From: Chiloscyllium plagiosum
Lineage: Eukaryota
Assembly: GCF_004010195.1 (NCBI RefSeq)
Contig: NC_057718.1
Location: 27,911,974 to 27,975,973 of the forward strand
Direction of reading: 5' to 3'
DNA length: 64,000 nucleotides
The translations under genes and the position numbers were made by a program. How positions within the stretch are numbered: the stretch's first letter is position 1; each line of letters opens with the position of its first letter. Positions 9,905 through 23,099 of this stretch are shown here, piece by piece. Under the pieces are notes generated by a model. That model was not told where the DNA came from, ran no database searches, and saw only the letters and a program-made list of their open reading frames with translations.

Positions 9905-11220
9905 GATCTGGCTGAAGAGTGGTAAATAGTTTAATTTTGGTAAATGTGATATTGCATTTTAGCAAAACACATGAGGGCAGGACTTGTAAAAGTAGTGTGT
10001 TTTGTAGTGTTGTAGAACAGAGTTGGAGATAGCGAGAACTGCAGACGCTGGACAGTCTGTGGATAAAGAGTGGAGCTGGAAAAAGCACAACAGGTCAAGC
10101 ATCAGAACAAGAGGAGTCAACGTTTCAGGTTGGAACCTTTCGACCTAGTGGTTCAAGTACATAATTCTTTGGAGTTCATGTCATATGTAGATAGGGTGGT
10201 TAAGTCATTTAGCATGCGTGCCTTTGTTGCTCCATCATTACGCAGAGGAGTTGGAATATTGTGTTAAGGTTGTGCACAATATTGATGAGACCTCTTCTGG
10301 AGTATTGTGTCCAGTTTTGGTTACCCTGCAGTAGGAAGGATATTAAGCTGGAGAGGGCTGAGAAGAGATTTACCAGGATGTTGCTGGACATGGAAAGTTT
10401 GAGTTACAGGGGAGACTGATTGGCTGGGACATTTTTCAATGGAGCATTGGTGTTTGAGAGGTGACCTTTTATAGAGGTTTATAAAATCATGAGTATAGAT
10501 AAGGTGAATGGCAGATTTTTTTCCCTTGGGTGGGGGATTTCAAGACTGAGGGGCATAGTTTTAAGATGAGAGGAGAAAGATTTTTTCAAAAGTGAGTGAG
10601 CTCGGGCTTTTCATGCTGGAGAAGGAGGAAGAGAGGTGACTTAGAGGTGTATAAGGTAATGAGAGGCATAGATAGAGTAGATAGCCAGAGACTTTTCCCC
10701 AGGACTGAAGTGGCTGTCATGAGGGATCATAATTTTAAGGTGATTGGAGGAAAGTGTAGGGGAGATGTCAGAGTGAGGTTCTTTACACAGACTGGTAGGT
10801 GTGTGGAATGCAGTGCCAGCGATGTTAGTAGAGTCAGAGATGTTAGGGACATTTAAGCGTTTGCTGGACAACCACATGGACGGCAGTAAATTGAGGGATG
10901 TGTAGGTTAGGTTGATCTTAGATTAAGATAAATGCTTGGCACAACATCGTGGGCCGAAGGGCCTGTTCTGTGCTGTACTGTTCAATATTCTATATGTTCT
11001 AAAGCCAGGGGGAAAATTTATTTACACAGTGGAGTGAACTTCCAAAGGAAATGGTGGATGCAGGTACAACGTTTGAAAGGCATTTAGGTAAGTACATGAA
11101 TAAGAAATGTTTGGAAGGATATGGGTCAAGTGCAGGCAGGTAGGACTAGTTTAGTTTGGGATTATGGTCAACATTGACTGTTTGGAACAAAAGGTCTGTT
11201 TCCGTGCTGTATGACTCTTG
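9905..11220 (+). mobile_element. CR1 LINE fragment with nested PLE arm (~10025-10140) and a nested second CR1 3' end (~10606-11000)
   Basis: RPLLEYCVQFW-type sequence; two separate CR1 3' tails at ~11000 and ~11218. Confidence 0.85.
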
Positions 11221-11307
11221 TTTTCATTCGTGTGGATGGATTGGAGAAGCTGGGATTGTACTCCATGAACAAGAAGATGAAGGAAGATTTGGTAGTGGTT
11301 CTCCGAG

Positions 11308-11519
11308 GAGAAAGTGAGGACTGCAGATGCTGGAGATCAGAGCTGAAAATGTGTTGCTGGAAAAGCGCAGCAGGTCAGGCAGCATCCAAGGAACCATTCC
11401 TGAAGAAGGGCTCATGCCCAAAACGTCGATTCTCCTGCTCCTTGGATGCTGCCTGTCGATTCTCCTGCTCCTTGGATGCTGCCTGACCTGCTGCACTTTT
11501 CCAGCAAGACATTTTCAGC
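11308..11519. mobile_element. Fold-back PLE micro-insertion with mutated hammerhead (11400-11427) and an internal ~30-bp tandem duplication
   Basis: Inverted arms; TSD tagt(g/c)gttctc(c/a)gag at 11293-11307 / 11520-11534. Confidence 0.9.
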
Positions 11520-11677
11520 TAGTCGTTCTCAGAGCCATGAATATGGGCATAATGTCTAAAAACGTTTAGAATTGGTAGAAAGATCAAGAATCAGATAATC
11601 TGGATTTAGTGATTGGTAAAGAATCAAAAACAACAGAAAAATACTTGCACACACCTGAAATGCTCTGTGTGGTGGAG

Positions 11678-12100
11678 GTATATTTGACAAACAGGAAGAA
11701 AGCTAACCATCCGACTTAATGAGCACCAACTGGCAACCAGATGACATGAACCCTCTCCCTCATCTCTACACATAGACCAAGAAGGCCATCAAATCAACTA
11801 TGATAAAGTAACTATTCTGGGGCAAGCAAACCAGAGACACCTAAGAGAGTTCTTGGGAAGCCTGGTTTCCTATCCAAAAAGCCATCAACAAACACACACA
11901 CCCAGTGTGCAAACTGCTGCAGTGAAGACCCGCAAGTGACACTATCCGCAACAAACTGGACCACACAAAAATGTAAGTGGACTGAAGTTGCACTGATGTT
12001 GCTCAGCATGGTAACAAAACATCTGCACAATAACCCAGCAGCTTGGCGAGCTATCCAATTACCTTATCCACAACCTGAGCAGCAGATATCCTTGAAATCC
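11678..12100 (+). mobile_element. Penelope/Poseidon-type PLE 3' remnant (GIY-YIG endonuclease)
   Basis: YI*QTGRKLTIRLNEHQLATR...EGHQINYDKVTILGQANQRHLREFL; the 3' end resembles 26440-26570. Confidence 0.8.
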
Positions 12101-12899
12101 GTGCAGATTTGATTCCAGCTTGCAAAAGGGAATTTAATGAACTTGTAGAGAAAGAATATTTACAGGGCTATGAGAGTGAGGGTATGGGGTTAGCTAAATT
12201 ATTCTTGTACAGAGCAGGGAGGGCTGAATGGACCCCTGCGCTTTGACTGTTGTGATGCTGCATCATGTCTTATGTGAATAAGTGAATGACAAGTTGGGCA
12301 GAAGTTTGAGTTGTTTTCCTGGTGGTATCAAACCAAATGAAGGTTTTCAAATGCTGGCTGGCATGCTTCTTCATGCATTATATATGGGACACTGTGAAAC
12401 ATGCATGTATTTAGGATATTGCATGGTATAAGGGTTGGATGATTGTTATTATTGAGTACTCTATATCTGATCTATCAAGTTTATCCATGCAACTGTACCC
12501 AAACTAGGCAACCAAATTATATTGCAGGATTGTATTGTTAGTTTATCTTTCCTTTTTCCAGCCAAAGCGGATTAATGTTTATGCTTTTATTCTTCCTGTG
12601 TGGAAAATTTAATGGAGTTTGATTCACTGACTAGTGACACTCTGGAATTAGCTTGGTCCTGGCAGTATGCATGTCTAACTGCTGAAATGAAGGACTCATC
12701 TATAAAAGGACTATCCTATAAAATCATCGTCGTCTGTCTGTGAGAGATGATGGAGACAGCAGGCAATTCATTTGAAATGAGATTCCTTCATTTGGTTGTG
12801 AGCAAAGTGAGAGAATGAGAGAATTTTTGTTGATGGCTGAGAAAGCTAATTTTTAAGAGGCAGCTCCTGCCATAAGTACAGCACATAAAGCTATCAGGT

Positions 12900-13900
12900 G
12901 TCATTGTGACTTGTTTTCAGAACTGTTGTCTGTTGCCAAGCTGCTGTACCTACTGGTCATCGTGGTTTTGCACACCAGGCCAGTGGAGATGTTTGCATTT
13001 TCCTGTTTAATCAGACATACCGAAAAGGAGTAATCGATGCTTAGGAACTCCTGGTCCTGTTCGTAACCAGCCTTGAAGCAGAACATTTGGAGTCAGGTGA
13101 TCAGGAGGATCCTCAATCCCCACAAGACAGAAAGTTCTTTGATATGTGACTGTCTTCTATCCTGCTCATGTGTGTTGGAGTCAGCGAAGCTGCCACTGTT
13201 TGATTACAGACTTAGGAACTCTGCTTTTGAGAGAACTTTGCATTTGTTTGGTCCTGTCAGGGTAGACTCATGATGCACAGTACATCATAAAGATGGTAAT
13301 TGTTGAGCTGCTTTTCTTAAATTGTGAATTAGAGCTATCGTGGCCACACTACAAGCTGCTGAGAGCATAGCTTTGGAAATCATCAACTTAGTCCCAAGGG
13401 TCAGGATGATGTTATTCCATGTGCTTTTTGTGAGTTGGCCAAAAGGGTGGTGGTTTTTTAAAAAATCCCTCTATCAAGTTCTGCATCAAGGGATTGGTTG
13501 TAACCGTGAAAGCAGCGACCTCATCCATGTGTTGACTAGCACAGTACAGAGCATAGAGAAGTTCCTTGAGCAGGATGCACTGTTTCTGTCTTTGTTTTCA
13601 GTCTGATAGATTGTAGAACTTGTCATTTGATCTAATGTGCAAGTCAACTCATAAATGCTGGGAAGGCAAAGGTCAGGTATGTGATGATGATGTCAAACAG
13701 AAAAGGGATTAGGGCATACCCTCTTGCACTCTGGTCCTCACTTTTGAAATGGTTGGCAGTAGAGCCATCAAACCCCAGAGTGCGTACTGTCAGGGAAGGA
13801 ACAGATGAAACAGAGGAACTTTGGACGTCCAGTTTTCCACAGAAGTCTTGTAGAGTCCTGCTCTATTGCCTTTATCAAATGCCTTTAATGAGACAATCTA
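12900..13900 (-). mobile_element. Degraded RTE (BovB-like) LINE, RT region
   Basis: Reverse strand gives AFDKGNRAGLYK, VDLHIRSNDKFYNLS and LLKELLYA, typical of the RTE RT. Confidence 0.65.
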
Positions 13901-14009
13901 TGAAAGTAAGATAAAGAGGTACACCTTGTTCCCCACACGAGCTACAAGAGGTCATATCCCCTGTAGACTGTCAGCACTAAAACCAAATGCTACCTTTTGG
14001 TATGGGATG

Positions 14010-14985
14010 GCAGGATGTTTGTGATTAGCAGTACTGCCTTACGATGCCAATTCGATTTCAGCCTTGGTTGACTGTGGAGTTTGAATATTCTCTCCCTGTC
14101 TGTGTGGGTGTCTGCTAGGTGATCTGGTTTCCTCCCACAGTTCTAAGATGTGCAGGTTAGTGAATTGGCCATGTGAAATTGCTAGATAATTTCCAGGGCT
14201 TTGCAGGCTGGATGGATTAGTCATGATAACAAGTAGGGATTGGTTGTGATGCTCTTTAGAGGGTCAGTGCAGATTTGATGGGCCAAAAGGCCTTTTTCTA
14301 CACTTGATGGATTCTATGATTCTTAGTCTGTAACTGGAATGGAGTATTTTCAGTATGACCCCAGCAAAGTCCTTCCCTGTAATGTTGAGAATTGATTATA
14401 GTTGTTGCAGTCTCCTCTACAATCTTTTTGTTTTTGTATAATTCTTTTAAGTTTGTATTTTTAAATAACTCATTGATTTCAGCCTTGTCCCAGTGTCTGC
14501 GTGGGTTTCCTCCCACAGTCCAAAGATGCGCAGGCTAGGTGATTAGAGTTGAAAAATGTGGTGCTGGAAAAACACAGCAGGCCAGGCAGCATCCGAGGAG
14601 CAGGAGAGTTGACGTTTTGGGCATAAGCCCTTTATGCCCAAAGCATCGATTCTCCTGTTCCTCGGATGCTGCCTGGCCTGCTGTGTTTTTCCAGCACCAC
14701 ATCTTTCAATTCTGGTACTCCAGCATCTGCAGTCCTCACTTTCTCCTAGGCTAGGTGATTAGAGCTGAAAGTGTGTTGCTGGAAAAGCGCAGCAGGTCAG
14801 GCAACATCCAGGGAACTGGAGAATCGACGTTTCGGGCATAAGGTGATTAGCCTTGCTAAATTGTCAGTAGTGTCCAATGTTGTGTAGGCTAGGTGAATTA
14901 GCCATGGGAATTGTAGGATTACAGGGATAGGGTAGGGGACTGGGTGGGATGCTCTTTGGAGGGTCAGTGCAGACTCAATAGGCCA
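14010..14985 (+). mobile_element. Two degraded HE1-type SINEs (~14010-14320, ~14480-14985), the second hit by PLE insertions
   Basis: V-domain motifs and gctaaattg / ggccaaaaggcc tail motifs. Confidence 0.8.
14547..14840. mobile_element. Two adjacent PLE micro-insertions (14547-14747 fold-back; 14763-14840 single arm)
   Basis: aggctaggtgattag at 14532-14546 and 14748-14762; aggtgattag again at 14841-14850. Confidence 0.9.
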
Positions 14986-14989
14986 AATG

Positions 14990-16310
14990 TTTGTAATTGG
15001 AAACTTCCGGAGGAATGCTTTTGCTGTAATTTGTGTGGTGTTGCGTTCTGTGCTGTGATGGGTGTGTGGAGAGCACTGAGTAGTTTATCCTTTCTTGCAT
15101 TGATAATCTCAAGTTGGTGCCAAGATCCAGACCTTGTGTGATACCTTGTAAAGTCTGCCCTGAAAGAGAGTGTTGTCAACTCAAAGTTGATTCAGGTCAC
15201 AAAGCTTCAATCATAATGGATTTTTCAAAAAAATGTTGCCCACCCCATGATGACCAGAAGTTGGACCATGAATCATTGTGCTCTGAAGTTACACAGGCTG
15301 AATAGCCTCCAACCATTTGAAATGGTGCCCAAATATTGTCAAGAAAGTTGTAAAAATGCTCTTTGTCTAAGGAGCTGGCATAGAGAGTTAAGCACAAATG
15401 ATGTTAACTGCACCTCCATTAAACAATAGCTGCAGGGAAATGAGGTGCTCTGAAGTTAATGTAGTCAGTTGACTGTTAGCCAGTTGCTCCCTCTAAGCCT
15501 ATGCCTTGCTCTTGGTCTTCAGTGCTCTTTCAATGCCAGTTGAAGGTGTGATTATCCTCCGGGAAAGAGCGTGTGTTGGTATTGCGGTTTATTATAGAAT
15601 AGTAACGTTGACAGGAAGATAGTGCAGCTCAGTCAGTTAAATCTTATGAATGCTTACAGTGAAATATGGGTGGTTATTGATGCAAGGGGGCACATTCTCC
15701 ACACTCAGGATTTCAAGCTAAGTGGTTATCTTTCTCTGTGTGGCATAGACATGGGTTTAGATGTTGCAGGCTTGCCGTTGATCTCTACCTCTCTCAGCCT
15801 GCAGGATGGTATCTAAAAGAAAGCCCATATGTCTTTAGGCCTAATTGGTTGCAAGAGTAGTTAAAAAGTGTTAACTTCAAAGAAATGCTAACAGCATATT
15901 GTAGTGACTAATGTCTTCAGTTACTGCATTAGCCATTAGCGTGTATGTTACTTGGTAGATCATGCATATATTGGTTGTGGGTAATTGTACCCTTTAATTA
16001 TTTGAAAGATCTTTGAGTTCTTAAATGCACTTTAGCCCAATGCTCCTGATATTTGGGTATCCAGTGCAGAAGGGTTTAGACAAGTGGAAGGACCTCCTCT
16101 TGAATCTACTGCTGGGCCTGATCAAGTTGGCTATTAACCGGTCCAGACAGTGGGTTGTGGAAGGGGTCATTTCTGTTGACTGTCTGCCCCTCTTCATTCA
16201 TGCCTGGGTATCATTAAAGAGGAAGCAGTTCTCCGATAATTTAGAGAGATGTGGGCATTGCAGGATGTGGAGTGCTTTTTTTTTTCTCCTTCCATTTTGC
16301 ATTTCAATTT
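14990..16310 (+). mobile_element. Highly degraded Tx1/L1-clade LINE remnants
   Basis: Cys-rich ORF1-like CFCCNLCG; C-terminal HFSPMLLIFGYPV...LLLGLIKLAINRSRQ at 16025-16150. Confidence 0.6.
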
Positions 16311-16717
16311 AGCTCATTCCCAGACTCTCAACCTGCCCTCACTTGTTGATGGTTAGCATTGCTGTGAACAGACTTTGCATGTAAATATTCCATTGGCTAT
16401 ACGGATGATTCGCTGGTACCGGTCTCTAGATAAAGGGTCAAATGTCGCGTGATGTGGTGAAGGGGTAAATCCATTCAGTTGTATTGTCAGAGTAGTTTTG
16501 GGTTTTTAAACAAAATTCTTGTTAACATTGAGAAGCATCAGCTGACAGGATTCCGTTTCCACAAACGTGTCCCCCAGGTGTGTCATTCCTGGCTCCTCTT
16601 AGAGTGGACAAGGCATTCTCCACACCCCACCCTCTCAAAAGTCATTGCCAGCTAGTGAAACACACTCTAGCTTCTAATTCACCAGAGTCTCCCACTTCAG
16701 CAAATGAAGTGAAATTT

Positions 16718-18620
16718 AAAAACAAAAATAAATTGCTGGAGAAGCTCAGCAGGTCTGGCAGCATCTTTGGAGGGAAATCAGTGTTTTGGGTCTGCTGACC
16801 CTTCTTCAGAACTGATGATAGCTACAAAGAAGTTTTTTATCGCCACTTCATTTACTCCTTAACCCCTCTCCTACCTTCTGCATAGATAGAGTCCAAAGAT
16901 AGAAAAGAACAGTTGGACAGATAAAGGAGTGGATAATGGTTAGCCTAGTTGAACTAATGGCTACTATGAATGGCTAACAGTGGGCAGATTGTGTGATAAC
17001 AAGGCCTGGTGTGTGGGGGTGGGGGTAAAGGACAAGGACATGGGAGAACGTGCTTCAAACCCCAAAATTGTTGAACTCCATATTCAGTCCAGAAGGCTGT
17101 AGAATTGCCAAGCATAAAATGAAGTGCTATTCTTCTTGTTTATGCTGAGCTGTGCTGATGCACTGCAGCAAGCCTGTGACACAGATGTTGGCCAAAGAAC
17201 AAGATAACATATTGAGGTGGCAGGCAACTGAAAGTACAGGGTTGTCTTTGGTCACTCGGCCTACACTTCCTTTTCCCAATGTAGAGGAGGCCACATTGTG
17301 AGCAGTGAATGCAGAAGACTAGATTGAGTGAAGTGCAAGGTAAAGTGCTGCTTCGCCTGAAAGGTGTGTTTGGGCCCTTGGATACAGAGAAGGAAGGAGG
17401 TAAATGGGCAGGTGTTACCCCTTCTGCAGTTGAAGGGGAAGGTACTCTGGGGCTGCTGAGAGGTGTTGGGGACGGAGGGTGGGTGGACCAGGGTATCCTG
17501 GAGGCAACAGTCCTTGCAGAAGGCTGACAAGGGAGGGGAAGGGAATGTGCCTGGACATGGTGGAATGGTGGCTAATAGTCCTCTGGATGAGGATGATAGG
17601 TGAGGAAAAGGGGGACTCTATAGCTTTTGTCGGAGGGAAGAGAGGGCGTGAGGACGGATGTGTGGCAGGTGGGTTGGATCTGGCTGAGGGCCCTATCGAC
17701 TGTGATGGGGAATTCTGGGTTGAGAACCAAGGTGGGCATTTTCCAAGACCCCCTTATTGAAGTTGGCATAATCAAGTTGGTCGTTGCACGGTAGTGGCGG
17801 AGCAGGGTGCTAAAGCTGGAGCTCGTCTGCTCTGCCTATTCTTGTTTTTTTTTCTTCTGTCTCTTTTACTTCCTCTTAATGTTTTTTCTTTTTTCTCTGA
17901 CTCACGGCAGTCAGCAGCAACCTCCTTTGTAGGGGTCTCATGGCATAGTGTGGTCACCTTCTGTCGTCCTCCAGTGGCCTCCTGGCCTGGGGTGTCTGGC
18001 ATAGTGTGGGAGCCAGAGCCCAGTGTGGTCTGTTGCACTGACCTTTTATTTCAGTAATGCTGGACATCTTGTTTCTGTATTGTCTAAGATCTTGTCAGTA
18101 AAGAAGCTGTGCCTAGTACTTTTGTAGCTAAGTCAGTGCTATAACTGGCAATGTATAAGTGTTTCACTATACTCATTGAGTGTGTGACAATAAAGGTTGT
18201 TAAATTCAGAACAGATTTGACAGAAACTGAAGAATTGAATTGATGTATTAGAGTCTTTATAGGAAGTAGGGTGTGAGAATGTATAGTTAAGGTAACTGTG
18301 GGAGTCAGTTGAGTTTGTAATGAATATTGGTAGCCAGCCTATCACCAGAAATGGAAACAGATGTTGAGAAAGGGAAGGGCAGATTCAGAGATGGACTAGC
18401 TGAAGATGAGATCGGGGTGGAAGTTGGATGTGAAATGATAAAACTTTTCCAATTTCGAATGGGGGGTTGGGGAAGTAGCACCAATGATATCAGTTTACCG
18501 AAGAAGGGTTATGGGTGGGGGCTGGAATAGGACTGGAACAAGGAACATTCCACTTACCCCACAAAGACGGGCATAACTGGGGTCTGTGCGGGTACCTATG
18601 ACCACCTCTTTGACCTGAAG
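16718..18620 (-). mobile_element. Old Neptune-type PLE (RT, Cys linker, GIY-YIG, terminal repeat), interrupted at ~17785-18210
   Basis: GTRTDPSYARL (RT), TFPFNCRRGNTCPF (linker) and homology to 38359-39345; degenerate hammerhead near 16785-16813. Confidence 0.85.
17785..18210 (+). mobile_element. Unclassified SINE-like insertion within the PLE
   Basis: Interrupts PLE homology; ends in the LINE-like tail ttcactatactcattgagtgtgtgacaataaa. Confidence 0.5.
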
Positions 18621-19555
18621 TGAAATTAACCCCCTCACTAGCCTTTCAAAACAACATAGCACTGAGTAAACCCCATGGCTCCCACCATAGTAACAATTTA
18701 TAAAATCCTTCACACACTGAATCTCCAAAAAATAATTCCGCTGTAAAATCCTACCAAAATAGAAATAACCACTTAGTGTGGCACTGGATGCCCTTCATTT
18801 GCTATTAAAAGTAGTCTAGAAATCAAGTGCCCATTGGTTAAATGGTGAGGCCTCCCTCGGCCACATGGGACCTCAGGGTAGCTAATCCAAATGCTGGAGG
18901 AAAGGACACTCACACTGCACATAGTTGCCATTTCCTGATGCATTCAATCATACCTGCTTTCAAACCTTTCATCACACCAAGTCTTAGGTTCCCTCTTGTA
19001 TTCTCATGGCATAAATAAAACATAAAAATTGAAAGGATATAGCACAGGAATGGGGAACAGACCATGCAGCTCTCTTTGAGTCTGCTGTCGTATGATCATG
19101 CTGATTCCCTGCCTTGGATCTATGTAAAACAAAATTTGTTGATAAGTTGTGTGGAAATGCAGTCAAAATGCCAGGAGTGTGTGTTTCTTTAATAAGGCTA
19201 GCTCAGAGTACTAAAGGAAACATGGGAGAGATGCTGAAGCATGCGAGGATAATATAAGAGGCGATCTAGCCATTTGGAGAAGCAGCACATGGTGCTCTCA
19301 ATCTACATGAACTCACACTTAGTGAGAATGGATTAGCTCTTTACAGAGTTGGTTGATGTTACAGAAATAAAGCCAGGGCTATCTCTTTTCAGTGAGGCAC
19401 CACTGGTGCTTGATGGAACCTGACCAGTCCTGACAATTGGCTAAACCAGTTGTGTGGCAGATGAGCTGAAATTTGTGCCCATTTTACTTGGGAATGCAGT
19501 TGGATACAATTCCAGAAAGCAAACAGCTTGAAACTATCCTTTCAGGGACTGGAGC

Positions 19556-19760
19556 TGAAAATGTGTTGCTGGAAAAGCGCAGCAGGTCAGGCAGCATCCA
19601 AGGAGCAGCAGAATCAATGTTTCGGGCATGAGCCCTTCTTCTTGAAGAAGGGCTCATGCCCGAAATGTCAATTCTCCTCCTTGGATGCTGCCTGACCTGC
19701 TGCGCTTTTCCAGCAACACATTTTCAGCTCTGATCTCCAGCATCTGCAGTCCTCACTTTC
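19556..19760. mobile_element. Near-perfect fold-back PLE micro-insertion
   Basis: ~90-bp inverted arms centred at ~19641; TSD tccttt(c/t)agggactggagc at 19537-19555 / 19761-19779. Confidence 0.93.
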
Positions 19761-20374
19761 TCCTTTTAGGGACTGGAGCATAGATGAGAGATTTGTGAAA
19801 GAAAGCTGCAAGATTGCAAACTTGAGAGCCAAAGATACACAATTATAAGCTTGCAAATGCAGATCTCTCTAATGGGAAAATGTCATTATTGGGATGGTTG
19901 AAAAATAAAGTCAGATTCTTAGGGCTTGGATTGATTGACTAAGGGTTTCGCACCAAGCACTCACTGTCTGAATTGAAGAAGTCACAAATCAGCAGTGGGT
20001 TGGAATGCTCTACATTTCCTGAATTAATGCAGTTTCAGTAACATGGAAGAAGTTTGATGCCATCCAGGACAAAGCAACCTGCTTGATTGTCTCCCCAATC
20101 ATTATCTTCACATTTATTCAATATCATTACACAGGGGGATCTGTGTGTGACATTTACAGTAACGCATCAAGCTGCCTTTGACAGCATCTTCCAAATTAAT
20201 AATCTGTAACACCTAGAAGGACACACAAAGTAGGTGTAATGAAAACAACAGAACTTGTAAGATTCCCTATGAGCAGGTGGTCTTGACTTGAAACTACATC
20301 GTCTTTTTCTCATTGCTGTTAAAATCCTGGAATTCCCTAACAAACAGCACTTGATATTGTCACACTACGGCAAC

Positions 20375-21440
20375 TGCAAGACAGAGGGTGGTGGTGGTGG
20401 TGGAGGATTGTTTTTCAGACTGGAGGCCTGTGACCAGTGGAGTGCCACAAGGATTGGTGCTCGGTCCACTACGTTTTGTCATTTGCACAAATGATTTGGA
20501 TGTGAGCATAAGAGGTATGGTTAGTAAGTTTGCAGGTGACCGCAAAATTGGAGGTGTAGTGGATAGCAAAGAAGGTTCCCTCTGATTACAATGGGATCTT
20601 GATCAGGTGGGCCAATGGGCTGAAGAGTGGCAGATGGAGTTTAATTTAGATAAATGCGAGGTGCTGCATTTTGGGAAAGCAAATCTTAACAGGACGTATA
20701 CACTTAATGGTAAGATCCTAGGAAGTGTTGCTGAACAAAGAGACCTTGGAGTGCAGGTTCATAGCTCCTTGAAAGTGGAGTTGCAGGTAGATAGGATAGT
20801 GAAGAAGGCATTTGGTATGCTTTCCTTTATTGGTCAGAGTATTGAGTACAGGAGTTGGGAGGTCATGTTGTGGCTATACAGGACATTGGTTAGGCCACTG
20901 TTGGAATATTGCGTGCAGTTCTAATCTCCTTCCTATCAGAAAGATGTTGTGAAACTTGAAAGGGTTCAGAAAAGATTTACAAGGATGCTGCCAGGGCTGG
21001 AGGATTTGAGCTATAGGGGGAGGTTGAAATAGGCTAGGGCTGTTTTCCCTGCAGCGCCTGAGGTTGAGGGGTACCCTTATAGAGGTTTATAAAATCATAA
21101 GAGGCATGGATAGGGTAAATAGACAAAGTTTTTTTCCCTGGGGTGGGCGAGTGCAGAACTAGAGGGCCTAGGTTTAGGGTGAGGGGGGAAAGATATAAAA
21201 GAGACCTAAGGGGCAACTTGTTCACACAGAGAGTGGTATGTTTATGGAATGAGCTGCCAGAGGAAGTGGTGGAGGCTACTACACTTGTAACATTTAAAAG
21301 GCATTTGGATGGATATATGAATAGGAAGGGTTTGGAGGGATCTGGGCCAGGTGCTGGCAGGTGGGACTAGATTGGGTTGGGATATCTGGTCAGCATGGTC
21401 AAGTTGGACCGAAGGGTCTGTTTGCGTGCTGTACATCTGA
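20375..21440 (+). mobile_element. CR1 (HER1-like) LINE, RT C-terminal half and 3' UTR
   Basis: SGVPQGLVLGP, WQMEFNLDKCEVLHFG and RPLLEYCVQF motifs, with stops. Confidence 0.95.
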
Positions 21441-23099
21441 GAGTAGCTTACCATTACCTTCTCCAGAGCAATTAAGAATGAGCAATAAATATGGATTTGA
21501 TTAAATAGAGTTTTTTAAAAACTGAATTGTAATATACAGGGAAATTGAGGTAGATGAGGTGATGAAAATTTTAATGTTGTTTCTATCGGATTCATATTTC
21601 AGCAAAGCAACTTGAGGTACTCTGACTGGAATAATTTCAGAATAATTGTGCAAACATATTGAGAAATGTTTTTGTCCTAAACATATAATTCTTTGTGCTT
21701 AATACTTGGGAAGATTTGAAGACTTTCAGTATTTTCACAACAAGATTTATATTGCTTTCTGTTTGTCTTTGCATTTTCTTAGTCCTGTATTTGTCACAAC
21801 TTAATCCAGTAGAGAAATGTCTCCACTCTGCAATAGAGTTGATTTAGAACCTTTTTTTTTGTGTAAATGTAATAGCTGGCCGAGCCCCAAATTAGAAATG
21901 TAAAATGTCATTTAAATTTGATTCTGTTGTGATTGTAAGGAGTATGTAGAATTTAAACTTGTGTGTGGCTCATGTTCCAAGAACATCACAGAATTTACCT
22001 TGAACTAACAAGTAATTCGTTAACTTAGCAATACAGTGCCATTGGTGCAATTTCACAATATGCTTTCATCAATTACTGTAAGTTACCCATGCCATTTAAC
22101 TTTGGAAACCTGGTTGGCCATCAAGGTTTGAGTGTTTGAGCAAGAAGTTTATGGAAACAGGCCTTAATACCTAATGCATATAATTTTACATTGGAAATTG
22201 CTGAACTGAAACCTGTTTGGTGCAAAAATGACAGGGTTTAATGCTTTGTTTAAAAAAGGATTACATTACTTCTTAATTCAAAAGGATAACAAAAATATTG
22301 GGATAACTTCATGTTGGACTTGTGTGTGGGATGAGAAAACCTTTGCAGGTTTATTTAGGTAAGTATTCCTTAGAAACAAACCGATCTTGGGTTTAATTCT
22401 GGTCATTACTCGGAAGGATGTTCGGCCTGTGAGAGATCCCTCTACCTTCACGCCAAATAAGTGAAAGAATCTATTATAACTAAAGAATTTGAGAATTAGT
22501 TTCACAGATAGCAGTTATGTCAGAAAGGGATATTTGTATATGTTCCGACAGATGTGTTAAAAAGTATGCTGTCATGCAAGATGTGAACGCAGATATATCA
22601 AATCTGCAGTAAAATGCTCGATTCAAGTTTGTAATTATAGGTGCGGTGTGTTTTCATGTCATGGGAATTCAGTGCAACCATCTTTTGAAAGTGCTATGGA
22701 AATGTTAATGCAGATGAGAACCCTGTGGAACTTCAACAAGGATAGTTTTTTCACATAACCTTTTTGATAACAATAGCTGATTGGATGTGTGAAACATGAC
22801 CCTGTAAGGATTTCATGGTCTGTAGTACATGGTGTAAACTTATCAGCCACTCTTCAATTTGATTTCCTTTCCACAAGTGTGATAGTGATATCTTGTCAAA
22901 TGTTGCATTTCAATATATGTCGTATTAGTGAGTGTTGAACAGGATCTATTGTTTCACTTAGACAATGGAAATATTTTGAAGTGTTATGGAACAATAAAGG
23001 ATACAAGACTCCTGTGCAAACCACTGGTGTTGCAATTATGATGAACCACTTAAGTAGCATTAGTGTTGAGGTTACTGTCAGAGATTTTAGTTTTAGTTC

